From positions 1,050 to 65,049 of the IMG/VR virus record IMGVR_UViG_3300034149_000113: a DNA stretch of 64,000 nt; one strand, given 5' to 3'. Source of the DNA: a virus (Duplodnaviria; Caudoviricetes). Shown here in pieces: positions 34,401 through 41,728 of this stretch. The translations under genes were made by a program, and so were the position numbers. The notes under the pieces are model-generated. The model was not told the origin of the DNA. It saw nothing but the letters and a program-made list of their open reading frames with translations, and searched no databases. The first letter of the stretch is position 1, and every line of letters starts with the position of its first letter.

Positions 34401-36349
34401 ATGGCGATGGCGCGCACGCGGCTGCCGTCGATGTTGTGCCGCTTGCCGATCTCGGTGGAACTCTCGTCGGTCTGTCCCGCGCCGTACTCGACGGCGATCA
34501 TGTAGTTGCGTGCGCCAAGCCCCTTGAACTTGGCATTGACCGCCGAGAAAAACTGATCGCGCAGCGACGGCTCGACGCCGCTCTTGATCTGGTCGACATC
34601 CTTCGGCTCCAGCCGCATCTCCTCGGCCACTTCCTGCTCGCGCTGGCGGTAGTTGCGGGCGAGCACCTTCAACTGCTTGACCGGGAGCTTGAGGCTGTCG
34701 GCGAGCGCCTGCTGCTTGGCTTCGTCGTCCTTGATGCCGGGCCAGGCTTCGGCGACGGCGCGGGCCTTCTGCGCCTGCTCGGGGGTGGTGTACTTGCTGT
34801 TGAGCTTGGCGTAGAACTCGCCCTTCTGCGGGTGCTCGGTCTTGCCTGCGGGCGGCGGGGGCGCGGCGACCGTAGCAGGCGGCACAGTGGTAGCCACGCC
34901 CTCTGGCGGCGCGCCCGCTGGCGGCGTAGTGGGAACTTCAGCTGCCACCCCCGGCAGTTCCATTTGTCCTGTCGGTGGCGTAACAACTTGACCTTCGACT
35001 GCAGTCTTGACTTCCTTGGTCGCCGCCGCAACAGCTGCAGCGATCATGTCATGCAGCTGGGACAGCTTGCTGATCCTGGCGTTGTCCTTGGCCTTGTCGC
35101 GCAGCTCGGAGATCAGCTGCAGCGCTTCCAGGATGCTGGTCGGCGCAGCGTTCTGGTTCTTCTTCGTGCCGATGTTGAGGAACTGCCGCAGGTTAGCATC
35201 AAGCGCGCCAGAGGTTTTTGTCTTGGCGGCTTCCCCGGCCATCTCGACGTAGAACGGACGCAAGGCTTCCATGGTCGCCCGCACCGGGTCTGGCTGCTCC
35301 GCTGCCGTGCCTGCAGCAGCCCCAGCCGCTCCCGGCGGGGGCTTGGGCGGTGGAGGTACGTACGGACCGCCCTCGACGTTCCACAGGCTCATCTGCCGGG
35401 GATCGGCGGGCGGGGGAAGACTCGGGTCGACGCCGCTGTCCGGCCCCCACAACGGCAGCTGCGTCCCCGGTGGCGGCGCACCGAGCAAGTCACGCGGCTG
35501 ATTCGGGTTGGGTATCCCGGCAACGCCGCCGAGCATGCCGCCGCCGAGCGCGCCCAGCGCCGCCGCGTTGTAGTACTCGGACATGGCCTCGGGGCCACCG
35601 AGTTCCTTGAACGCTCCAAAGCGCTCGATCACGGACTGCGCGACTTCGGTCGGCGCTTCCTTGGCCGCCTGCACCACGGCCCCGGTGCCCACCCGGCGCG
35701 CCAACCCCGGCCCCTCGCCGGCCAGCAGGTTCTTCGGCTTCGTGCCGAGTACCTTCTTGATGATGCCCAGCTCGGGGATCAGGTCCAGCGCAGCGGCAGG
35801 CACGGCGGTCAGCGCAGCGCGCCACGGGTCGTCGTGGCCCTCGGCAGCCTGCTCGGGGTAGATCGACCCGCCTTCCTGGATCAGACCCGCTGCGCCGGAG
35901 CCGACCATCGCGCCACGGATTTTTCGTTTGGCGAGCTGCTCGGCCGTCAGCTGTACACCCTTCTGCACACCCAGCTGCGCCGCCTTGGCTCCAAGGCCAC
36001 CGGTTACGATGGACGGCAGCGCCTGCCCGAAGACGTAGCCTGCGCCGTGCGACAGGAACTGCCCAGGCGACTCAAAGAAGTTCTCGACCTGGTCGCCTTC
36101 CCGCGAATACTCGTCGGCCTTGTCGAAGCTCTCCTGCGCCGACTCTATCCCCCAGTCCCTGATCCCCTCCATGCCGGGGATGCCGATGTCCCTGGCCAGC
36201 CCCGCGCCCAACCCGATGGCACCGGGGATCGTGCCGGCGATCTGATGCCCGCTCTGGTAGAGCCCGCGCATGAAGTTGCCGGGTTCCCTCCCACGCGGCT
36301 CACCGAATGCCTCGGCGTGCTGACGATTGATGTCGTCGATGATGGACAT
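25490..36349 (-). CDS. 3619-aa polyvalent (DarB-like) virion ejection protein
   Basis: Two LPD23-like GW.KG.DGKWRFEISD domains, three zincin motifs (HEVGTH, 2x HEVQH), PLxRFG motif (YAPLKRFGDY), LPD38-like C-terminus, HTH-like N-terminal segments. Confidence 0.85.
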   Translation of the reverse strand: MSIIDDINRQHAEAFGEPRGREPGNFMRGLYQSGHQIAGTIPGAIGLGAGLARDIGIPGMEGIRDWGIESAQESFDKADEYSREGDQVENFFESPGQFLSHGAGYVFGQALPSIVTGGLGAKAAQLGVQKGVQLTAEQLAKRKIRGAMVGSGAAGLIQEGGSIYPEQAAEGHDDPWRAALTAVPAAALDLIPELGIIKKVLGTKPKNLLAGEGPGLARRVGTGAVVQAAKEAPTEVAQSVIERFGAFKELGGPEAMSEYYNAAALGALGGGMLGGVAGIPNPNQPRDLLGAPPPGTQLPLWGPDSGVDPSLPPPADPRQMSLWNVEGGPYVPPPPKPPPGAAGAAAGTAAEQPDPVRATMEALRPFYVEMAGEAAKTKTSGALDANLRQFLNIGTKKNQNAAPTSILEALQLISELRDKAKDNARISKLSQLHDMIAAAVAAATKEVKTAVEGQVVTPPTGQMELPGVAAEVPTTPPAGAPPEGVATTVPPATVAAPPPPAGKTEHPQKGEFYAKLNSKYTTPEQAQKARAVAEAWPGIKDDEAKQQALADSLKLPVKQLKVLARNYRQREQEVAEEMRLEPKDVDQIKSGVEPSLRDQFFSAVNAKFKGLGARNYMIAVEYGAGQTDESSTEIGKRHNIDGSRVRAIAIEYRKAMEETAEKMGITVEPLEELPTRAEEEVVTDENAAEIRTATQGVEDTRVTEAAPVREAADEVGIKKSGMVTASTGQQMEEGLYEVGSAGSGQGSDEGDVRPGDLAQELGRLRKLVDGKDPAKRLGARNDKGEYVWSDAQLQRMSVRLMELLQARLKPGQALSSRADMARLSKDLGDDADLKALKALAAEIESRVKIEIAKASKRKVSEVENELEGVVEVDATLNRETEEDADAVQVESAGEETVRNESEGGEGVRGGDAGHEKAAGKGAKKGQLPKGKKGRVLKAAQTPSGVTVHTGEAAAEVAGTLTPLRTKTEAPGGTAAAPSKTAEVVVKQGEKEKKKRVAAAEKKPGTPVTATEAKKRQELEEQYMAMSTREKAMWWWNAAVALHPDYRKWSELTHAQKQEFIDGGESNWTDNDVKLLDDKITRSKPKAAPVAATATGPYQVITQEDSPTPFPAGMTHAVHHDTQGVLEHFASEKEARDWMAQEAAGPKYQASRRAPAEIGRFATPAEARAAGFNPADFRGAGVHETMGPHFKPILWVNNKPYVRKDEKYQASRTAPKTGAEKYLDSDEYAFHAVRNDADIDSIMKNGLRVGANVSTTRDGQAFDDEGGTILVFRKSDLNLRSKGYQNDSLVQKHGAKPVAIIKDTSVDVQGAITEDAIMARYDKVEAATEANRKLADGLWRGAGLEKAEGDESAADTLFKRFYEAFGMRRYMSAEKSAQLQRQLKDDLGDYFDRSLAAYQESNRIDKDNDAIGDMLIKGERPGVTQAQVLQQYAKHGVPVHALPEVDYQASSKPSFSMADADAEGFVSIGQFGPIKNAMARYITFPDRASGLQILDGDILAQSDSIRDAVVETLIVHSPRKGVVEVHAAGVPPDATPVLDKYKGFIDKVRSSMVVPNGIKFYNKFKPGSFSIAEIRKALRTLRAQVQEKAPGLLEGMKQLVVSRDTSVTAGLPERIYSPRAFARFSQRQGTGGGYDAATLQREVTAYIKAENKDLLHVVQSADDPSIPEDARRQMDPGDQAFTYGDQVWLIADRILPGTGPAVFMHEVGTHIGLENMLAPGAHAALVNQIRKFAESGGKLEQRIAKAALVRLEESGAKGAQAERELLAYFVEEAVKAGVNPTVLDVRSPLGRWFRQLWSAIKRALNKFGIHFDQLSASDVVDLAYGAAHLAMRGMPLASQRGYQATFAGQQAVTAPWQSLELIKAATDKLPAPTAELMERLRQTSGWHKGPDGKWRFEISDENATWKVPFDQITESAALGQRTDYKLGDVLDHPELFAAYPELHNVVFRKQKMLFDFFGSTQGWFDGTNIVVTPHATDPIGTLLHEVQHWIQSRETFANGGNTDTVDLTSQNLLSRVHKAIPILYKDNWIRERRLEAFDKHVKNLPQLEALDVQRKAIVEEKKKAQEKVKEAEAEVKRREAALDEERRLHREARDQLKLDYEKISEEIDDLIAKNRAKPYKERNYDTEDKEYKEARERRNEVHKKLLANISSTPYGFLTYTERKAITKPAEDAVAAIDDQLTAVKKDMKALMEDDIAFIAYQIIAGEREARDVAHRRTMTAEQRRAAAPNVTEGIPDELVTVSYGVGDGNEGKYQASFVGPSARTLTDDQVVHMVFDRMQMQGMDAKQRLAYARRAYKKTGIIWGKDNKPRFEISDINAKWRLPLGKNTKALLGVLDQYNMPERGRVYKLGDVLDHPELFAAYPELRDVLVALKYSDEKEGYGISGGFNPDTHQITLRVPKETWRHATREDQLSVLLHEVQHWIQMREDFHAGSNALLFDIGNRKALRAMHSHLQSALKDLEAKIAKGGPHDVITDLGYEAFKTEQLIQSLRNLLDANPAAIESLRDKANDVYHFQRIVEDTELAQVKARDRGYHSKDTRQHYMQQKLDYSKLLEDAKAEYRAAYQRLLDDLHIDYYVDELSHGFYMLAAGEQEAREVSTQRERGLRGDVAATPLHLRGDPAVISSDAPGVPLPNFFTARDPLPYRPIIRPDYQASTRVALAERTFAQLPPPARRTSKAIWTTFNDWMKKSALFAAITEDISDMAQRHSPKEFGKAVRDYMDIQYGRQATRLRVNQQIEDVLKQYDHLPIGERGIGMGSVNRYIYDSTYTQKWGYRIKPDSQVKLDPGLEQRFNALSPQGQKLVRDVFAHGYEMLQAKKKAVVESITADYAERVKGVDAEIAAIKQKMASTTIDPAEFIELEKEYRDLKKEAGTLAEQRDARLKEYSELMAIAANGPYAPLKRFGDYVTVAKSRAYLDAEEAEDTKALEEMRKNAEHYQVQFAETLGEAEAIRDDIKAQYPDGLVDSYEKEAARDALLRGDTIYLAFHRMRNLLQEQFGDDPKANKPLKQMNSMLSDLYLTAQQEASARHSERRRMYVAGADVNMMRAFATQGRADSLFLSTLENHQGIQDSIDVMREAAKKGDRASNMRYYNELLLRHAASMESHPQTASNIVKRATSVWMLATNPAFYLQQILQPAVMSLPVLAGDHSYFRSARALTRAYQELGPMLKGLGVSDRMDFSKAPEDVREMLQKLVDSGQIDIGIDVDMGKWATSGDGSKFSAYWNRADRVLRGINVRVESINRVATAVAAYRLQRERGMPDDKATRYAKGIVSQTHGSYDGFNTPRLIAGPWRSVFGQFRRFQIIQVSLISRLLTNALKGENDQVKLAARKGLGFILLHTFALGGALGMPGAMAIAWLATKLFGDPDEPDDVDMKLRRAIGNDSIADLLLYGGPAAAGLNMSGKLGMGTAFSLLPYGNFDPTSRSGYAEAVTALAGPSVGGLGTRFATALGNMMEGDYYKGLEGFMPNGVGNALKAMRFATEGITAKNRDVVMSPDDLAFASIVLQGLGLPTTEITRPQMIKSQKYEMDTFYDDREKRLRNDYAEAYRNNDSAALTEVREEWKQLQEAKKRNGLKATPLSSLLKAPMAQRKREAMTLEGVPYTKTNRRFVEAAVAGTYQPQ
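29257..29308. repeat. 52-bp exact repeat, copy A (LGDVLDHPELFAAYPEL)
   Basis: Identical to 30526-30577. Confidence 0.9.
30526..30577. repeat. 52-bp exact repeat, copy B
   Basis: Identical to 29257-29308. Confidence 0.9.
33541..33696 (-). CDS. Nested out-of-frame 51-aa basic protein inside the giant gene
   Basis: GAGGAGG SD 6 nt before ATG; MPFKSKAQAKKLFATNPKVAKEFAAATPDMKKLPERV...; +1 frame relative to the host ORF. Confidence 0.65.
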   Translation of the reverse strand: MPFKSKAQAKKLFATNPKVAKEFAAATPDMKKLPERVPKKVSFRKAKKGAY

Positions 36350-36354
36350 AGCTG

Positions 36355-37947
36355 CTACGGCAGGCGCGTCGGTTGCTGCCTGTTCTGCAGGTATTGCTGC
36401 AACCGCGCTTGGTCCTCAGCAGCTTTCTGCGCTTGTAGCGCTTTCCACGCAGCAGCATTTTCCGTGTCGCTCTGCCACCGCAAGTACTCCGGGCTGATCG
36501 TCTTGGTAAGACCGACGAACTGCGGCGGTGGCGGTACGACACCCGTACTGGTGTCACCACCAGCACCAGTCGCCACGCCAGCAGCATCTGCTGCGCCAGC
36601 GTCAGCGTGCTTGAGTCCCAGCGATACGTTCTTGCCCGCTGGCACCGTTATCTTGAACCCCTTGCCACCCTTCTCCATGGCCTGCATCTGCGTCAGCTCG
36701 TCCTTGGACAGCCCCTGCGGCTCATGACCACCGAAGTACTCGAACCGCACTCTGTCGGCGTACTGCGGGCCATACATCTCGCCCAGCTTTTCGATGGCCC
36801 CATCAACGTCTTTCTGCTTGGTCTTTTCTTTCTTCATTCCAGCCGCCATTGTGGCCGGTGACGTGATGCCAGACGCTTCGTACGGATCAGGCGCGTTCGG
36901 CAGCCCAATATCGTAGTAGTGTTTGAACAGGTTCAATCTGGCCCGCTGCGCCGCTAGTTGTGTGCGCGGAGTCGGGTCCGCTGCAGCAGCCTGTTCGGAC
37001 TTGATCGCTGCGTCCTTCAGGTAACCGAGATACATCTTCTGCCCTTCTGGCAGCTTGTCCTCGAACGCGACTGCCTTGTTCGTGCGTTCTTTGGCGTAGG
37101 CTTCGTAGTAGCCCATCTCGGCTTTTTCTTTGCCTGCCTTGTTCCTCTGCACGTCGGCTTCAAGCTGCCACCAATCGTGCAGCACCTTCTGTCCGTACTC
37201 GCTGGCGGCGATGTCGGCAGTTTGCTTCTTGGCCTGTGCTTCGACCGTCCGTTGCTGCTGCAGAATTTCTGCCTGGCGGTGCTCCGGGCTGAGCGACATC
37301 ATCGCCAACTGCGTCAACGTCGCCTTGGCCTTGGCCGGCTCGGCGTCGAGTGGAATACGCTCTTCCCTGCCAGCCACCGGGTTGTACACCGCGACGTAGT
37401 CCTGGCCCGTGTCGCGGTCAGTGATTATGTTCGCGTTGACCGACGTGCTGTCCCCGGTCTTCAACGCAGCAAGCGCGTTCGCGTATTCGCGTGGCGACAT
37501 GTTCGCCGACCCGCGTATGACTTTCTGCACTTCGTTGGCGTACTTCCGGTCGGCCAGCTGTATCTCCGCTAGTTCCTGCTGGTCGGCCTGGCCTTGCAGC
37601 TGCAGGCCTTGCATCTGAATCTTCGAGGAAGGCGACCGCGCGCGGACATTGGCAGCCATCCTGGTGAGCTGCGCCGTCGTTTGTGGCGGCGGCGTGACCC
37701 GTGGCCAGTCTCCTTCATCTAGGGACCCCGCAGTCATGCCCTTGCCGCTCATGTCGGCTTTGGGCGCGTTCGCCTGCTTGATCCCCTGCGAGATTTCGAG
37801 TGCAGCGGCATCTTCGGCTTTCTGCTCCGCTTCCTGCCGCTGCTGCTGGCGCTTGTAGAACTCGTATATCTCGCGCTGCCGGTTGTCCTGCATTCCCGCC
37901 AGGACACCTTCGGCCGCACCGCCAGCCAGACCAAGCCAGTTCGCCAT
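36355..37947 (-). CDS. Putative internal virion (ejection) protein
   Basis: Gly/Ala N-terminus, Gln/Ala/Lys-rich helical body; directly upstream of the giant gene. Confidence 0.65.
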   Translation of the reverse strand: MANWLGLAGGAAEGVLAGMQDNRQREIYEFYKRQQQRQEAEQKAEDAAALEISQGIKQANAPKADMSGKGMTAGSLDEGDWPRVTPPPQTTAQLTRMAANVRARSPSSKIQMQGLQLQGQADQQELAEIQLADRKYANEVQKVIRGSANMSPREYANALAALKTGDSTSVNANIITDRDTGQDYVAVYNPVAGREERIPLDAEPAKAKATLTQLAMMSLSPEHRQAEILQQQRTVEAQAKKQTADIAASEYGQKVLHDWWQLEADVQRNKAGKEKAEMGYYEAYAKERTNKAVAFEDKLPEGQKMYLGYLKDAAIKSEQAAAADPTPRTQLAAQRARLNLFKHYYDIGLPNAPDPYEASGITSPATMAAGMKKEKTKQKDVDGAIEKLGEMYGPQYADRVRFEYFGGHEPQGLSKDELTQMQAMEKGGKGFKITVPAGKNVSLGLKHADAGAADAAGVATGAGGDTSTGVVPPPPQFVGLTKTISPEYLRWQSDTENAAAWKALQAQKAAEDQARLQQYLQNRQQPTRLP

Positions 37948-37956
37948 GACTATCTC

Positions 37957-38745
37957 CTACTTGTGCTTCTTGCGCGGCGGAACGTCATCGAGGTTGAAGT
38001 TCAACTCCATCTGCTCGCCAACTTTCGGCAAGTCCTTGGTCAGCACGAAGGTGAAGCCGGTGGGCGAGGCCGCCTCGCTGCCGTCGTTGCGGGTGACGGT
38101 GACCACCATCGGCGCATCCATCGGCGTGTCCCCTTGCACCGCGTTGATGGTGATGCCGGTTGGGGTCCAGCTCAACACGGTGGCCTCTTGCGTGCCGACC
38201 AGCACCTTGGCGACGTCGCCGCCGCTGCCCATGTTGGTGCCGCCGACGCTCACCAGAGCGCCGTCCGCGCCTTGCGTCGGGCTGATGCCGGTGACGGTCA
38301 TCGGCGGCTGAGCAGTGAAGCTGAACGTCCCCGGTGCAGTGACGGTGGAGCCATCCGCCAGTTCCACCCGCAGCGTCTGCGGCACATCCGTGGGCAGCGC
38401 CCCTTGGTGGGCGGTGAAGCTGATGGTGGTCTGAGCCCAGATGCCCCAGCGGGTCTGCTCCACATCACCGATGAAAATCTTGCCGACGGCGGGCGCGTTC
38501 GGGCGCAGGAGGGTGCCGGTGATGGTGACATTGACACCATCGGTGCCACTGGTCGGGTTGACGGTGGTGATGGTCGCACCGGCCGGCGGAATGCCACCAG
38601 CGTCGATGATCGCCTGACCGTACTTCGTTATCTGCCCTTCCCAGAAGATGTACTGGTTGCCGAGCAGTACGCACCCGGCAACGATCTCGCTGCCGGGGAC
38701 TTGCGCTGCGATGTCCGCAGGATCAATCGGTTGCCCTTCCGCCAT
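37957..38745 (-). CDS. Protein with two IPT/TIG-like Ig domains
   Basis: ITTVNPTSG..G..VTITG and VTGISPTQG..G..VSVGGTN patterns. Confidence 0.7.
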   Translation of the reverse strand: MAEGQPIDPADIAAQVPGSEIVAGCVLLGNQYIFWEGQITKYGQAIIDAGGIPPAGATITTVNPTSGTDGVNVTITGTLLRPNAPAVGKIFIGDVEQTRWGIWAQTTISFTAHQGALPTDVPQTLRVELADGSTVTAPGTFSFTAQPPMTVTGISPTQGADGALVSVGGTNMGSGGDVAKVLVGTQEATVLSWTPTGITINAVQGDTPMDAPMVVTVTRNDGSEAASPTGFTFVLTKDLPKVGEQMELNFNLDDVPPRKKHK

Positions 38746-38758
38746 GACTGTCTCCTGG

Positions 38759-39262
38759 CTATACGTCGCCGCTGCCTGCGTCGAGGAACGTGTAGCCGCT
38801 CGTCGACATCGCTTGCTGGCCGTCTTCGGTGGTGACGGTCACCACCAGCGGTGCGCTCATGGGCTGCGCGCCTTGCATCACGCCCACGGTGATCTGCTCC
38901 GGCAGCCACTCGGCCAGCGCTGCGTCTTCCGTGCCCACCTGCACCTTGGCATTCGGCCCGCCCGCGCCGAAGTTGGTGCCGGCGATGATCAGCTGCGAGC
39001 CGTCCGCGCCCTGCGTGGGGTTGAGGCTGACGATGGTCGGCACGACCGGTTCGGGTTCCGGCTCCGGCGGCAGTTCGATGCCGGAGTCCTTGAGCGCTTT
39101 CCGGCCTTCCGGCGTGACCTTGCCTTCCTGGTAGATGTACACGTCGCCGAGCAGTACGTTGCCGGCGACGAGTTCGCTGCCTTCGACTGCCGCCGAAATG
39201 GCAGCGGGGTCCAGCGGGACGTTGCGCACTTCCTTCTTGCTGCCAGCAGTGATCTTGGTCAT
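38759..39262 (-). CDS. Paralog with one IPT/TIG-like domain
   Basis: Shared N-terminal domain (P.DPA.I.A.V.GSE.VAG.VLLG) and IVSLNPTQG..G..LIIAGTNF. Confidence 0.7.
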   Translation of the reverse strand: MTKITAGSKKEVRNVPLDPAAISAAVEGSELVAGNVLLGDVYIYQEGKVTPEGRKALKDSGIELPPEPEPEPVVPTIVSLNPTQGADGSQLIIAGTNFGAGGPNAKVQVGTEDAALAEWLPEQITVGVMQGAQPMSAPLVVTVTTEDGQQAMSTSGYTFLDAGSGDV

Positions 39263-39272
39263 GATCGTCTCC

Positions 39273-40961
39273 TTAGGCGATGCCCATCTGCTTCTCGTAC
39301 TCCAGGCCCTTCTGGCGCATCTTGTCGAGCTTGTCCAGCCCGTAGAACATCACCGCGCCTTTGGGGAACACGTACTCTCCGTCGGAGAGCTGCGCATTGA
39401 TCATGTCGTCCTTCGGTCCACCGGGGCCATCGACCTCGCCGGTGTCCTGCACGCTGCCAGGGTTGACTTGCCCATCATCCCCGCCGCGACTGAGCCCTTG
39501 CTTGTTGACCGGCCCGCCGTCCTTCCACCAGCCCAGCTGGCTACCAACGCCGTAGACCGCCAACCCAGCACCGACCCACGGCATCGCCGCGCCGAGCGCC
39601 GCGCCTGCGCCCATGGCCCCTGCGCTAAGACCGCCAGCAGCAGCGCCCCCGCCAGCAGCGGCAGCAGCACTACCACCAACAGCCTCGGCAGCGCCGGCGG
39701 CAAGCGCCGCATCGGCTGCGCCTGCCGCACCGAGCCCAGTGCCTGCGATGCCAGCAGCAGTCTCGCCAGCAGCCGCAGCCGGCGCGCCGAACAACGACGC
39801 CGTGCCGCCGCCCATACCCGCAACAGGAGCAGCAGTAGCAGGCGCAGCGCCCGGAAGAGCAGAGGGAAACGCCGATGCCGCCGTGCCGCCGCCCACGACC
39901 GAGCTACCGGGATTGGCCGCCAGCGCTGCGTCGATCTGCGCACGTGCAGCCTCGACGGCGACTTGCTGCGGTCCAACATTCAACCCATGTCCGAACTGTT
40001 GAAGCGCTTCCGAACCGATTTGTTTGCCCGTCCACTCCAACGCCTTCCCCCCACCATGGCGCAACATGTTGATGCCCATCGGTGTGGTAGCTTGACCACC
40101 AACTACCGCTGCCGTATTCGGTGCCTTCGGCATCGGCGGCGGCGGGGGCGTGATCGGCGTCACCCGCGCAAAGCCACCGGGAGCGAAGTGCTGCACCGGC
40201 CCGCCTGATGCGTAATGCTGCGCCGCACGCCGGTTGACGTAGCCGCCGTGCTTCAGCCGCAGCACCGCCCCGCCGTCCTTGTAAGCCATGGACGTACCGC
40301 TTGGACTATGAATGCCATATATGTTGGTGCCCAGCTGGGCGAGCGCGCCCACGCCCTTGGCCTGCTGCGCGTCATAGGCAAGCTGGTTGGCGTTGGCCGA
40401 GTTGAGCGCAGTGCCTGCAGCGTTCGACGCCTGCGCCGCCGTGGTCGGCGTGCCCATGCCCATGCCGATCCAGTCCTGCTGCTGGGCGATGTCCTGCCGC
40501 CGTACCTGCTCGCGCGCGCCCGTCCCGGCGGCAGCTTGCTGCCCCGCATTCTGGACAGCCGTCTGTGCCATCGTGCTGGCATAGCGAGGGTCGCTGGGGT
40601 CAATACCGAGCGAAGCCATGTTCTCTTCAAGCGCGGCTCTCTGCCCAGCCTGCGACGCGACCACATCGGTCGTCGCACGCTGCGCTTGCTGCTCCTGGTT
40701 GGCGATGGAGCCGTAGCCCTTGATCTGCTGGCCCCAGTCCTTGTACCCAGGTGCGACCGTGCCACGGAAGATACCGCCGAGAAACTCGGCCGACTTGGCC
40801 TGCTCCTCGTAGAGCTTCTCCAGCCCGCCGTAGTACGCAGCGTCACCGCCGCCCTTGAGCAGGTCGACCGGCCCGGTGTGCTCGTACGCCACGCATTCGC
40901 CGACGACCAGCTTCAGCTCGTCGCCGACCCACTGCCAGACTGTCTTCGTGTAGACCTTCAT
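39273..40961 (-). CDS. Putative internal virion (ejection) protein
   Basis: Ala/Gly-rich; repeated xxGGxV motifs; C-terminal DDMINAQLSDGEYVFP. Confidence 0.7.
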   Translation of the reverse strand: MKVYTKTVWQWVGDELKLVVGECVAYEHTGPVDLLKGGGDAAYYGGLEKLYEEQAKSAEFLGGIFRGTVAPGYKDWGQQIKGYGSIANQEQQAQRATTDVVASQAGQRAALEENMASLGIDPSDPRYASTMAQTAVQNAGQQAAAGTGAREQVRRQDIAQQQDWIGMGMGTPTTAAQASNAAGTALNSANANQLAYDAQQAKGVGALAQLGTNIYGIHSPSGTSMAYKDGGAVLRLKHGGYVNRRAAQHYASGGPVQHFAPGGFARVTPITPPPPPMPKAPNTAAVVGGQATTPMGINMLRHGGGKALEWTGKQIGSEALQQFGHGLNVGPQQVAVEAARAQIDAALAANPGSSVVGGGTAASAFPSALPGAAPATAAPVAGMGGGTASLFGAPAAAAGETAAGIAGTGLGAAGAADAALAAGAAEAVGGSAAAAAGGGAAAGGLSAGAMGAGAALGAAMPWVGAGLAVYGVGSQLGWWKDGGPVNKQGLSRGGDDGQVNPGSVQDTGEVDGPGGPKDDMINAQLSDGEYVFPKGAVMFYGLDKLDKMRQKGLEYEKQMGIA

Positions 40962-41395
40962 TGCACTGTCTCCTGCGGTGGGACACGCAGTTCAACCACC
41001 AGGTAAGCCTGCTCGGCTTGCGGGACCAGCTGACGAATGCGCCTGGCCACGCCGGGGCGGCACATGCAGGACAGGGTATCCGCTCCCAGCGTGCGGGCAA
41101 CATCGTAGAGCACTTCTATGTTCTGCACGATGCCGATGCCGTGGCTCCCGCCGACATAGGCGAAGTTCAGCACCGTGCGCCGGGGGTAGCGCAAAACCTC
41201 AAACGCCGAAGCCAGGAGCACTTCACCATCCTCTTCCAGCGCCAGGATGCCCATGACGTTTCGATTCACCAGCATCAGCAGGTCGTCGACTTGGACCTCA
41301 CCCCGGCAATGCGCCACTGCACGCGCCAGCAGCGGGCGCAGCTCGCCCCAGCGCTCGTTGACGGTCGAAGGAAGCATCACCCGGTAGGTCTGCAT
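40958..41395 (-). CDS. Putative GNAT-like acetyltransferase
   Basis: Fold-like pattern (YPRRTVLNFAYVGG, CRPGVARR); usual neighbour of ejection genes. Confidence 0.5.
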   Translation of the reverse strand: MQTYRVMLPSTVNERWGELRPLLARAVAHCRGEVQVDDLLMLVNRNVMGILALEEDGEVLLASAFEVLRYPRRTVLNFAYVGGSHGIGIVQNIEVLYDVARTLGADTLSCMCRPGVARRIRQLVPQAEQAYLVVELRVPPQETVQ

Positions 41396-41405
41396 GGCGT
41401 GGATT

Positions 41406-41726
41406 CTACGAGTCCGGGTACTTCTTGTACAACTTGTCCATGGCGTCGAAGAACTTTGTGGCCTTCGGGGTCTCGCCTGACTTCATGGCTTTGTACAAAT
41501 CCTCAAGCAGCGCCTTCGTCGGCATCTCTTTTCGGCGCTTCATGGAGTTCTCGGACTCGCTCATCCCCCATACCCATGCGCCGTTGACGTAGCGCTTACC
41601 GTTGTAGTCTGGCCGGACTGGTACGACCTCAAGCAAGAAGTACTCTCTATCTTTCACGTATTGCTTCGACAGTTCCTCCTGAACGATGTCGGCGAAGCCA
41701 CTCTGCTGGATGTAGACGTAGAACAT
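41406..41726 (-). CDS. Putative tail fibre chaperone or accessory protein
   Basis: C-terminal KRRKEMP...LY...KKYP pattern; follows the tail gene. Confidence 0.45.
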   Translation of the reverse strand: MFYVYIQQSGFADIVQEELSKQYVKDREYFLLEVVPVRPDYNGKRYVNGAWVWGMSESENSMKRRKEMPTKALLEDLYKAMKSGETPKATKFFDAMDKLYKKYPDS

Positions 41727-41728
41727 GG

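Noticed and set aside
28943-36727. Long + strand ORFs opposite the giant gene (716, 743 and 763 aa)
   Set aside because: Antisense shadows caused by strong GC3 bias; no SD, no motifs, composition typical of reverse-frame translation
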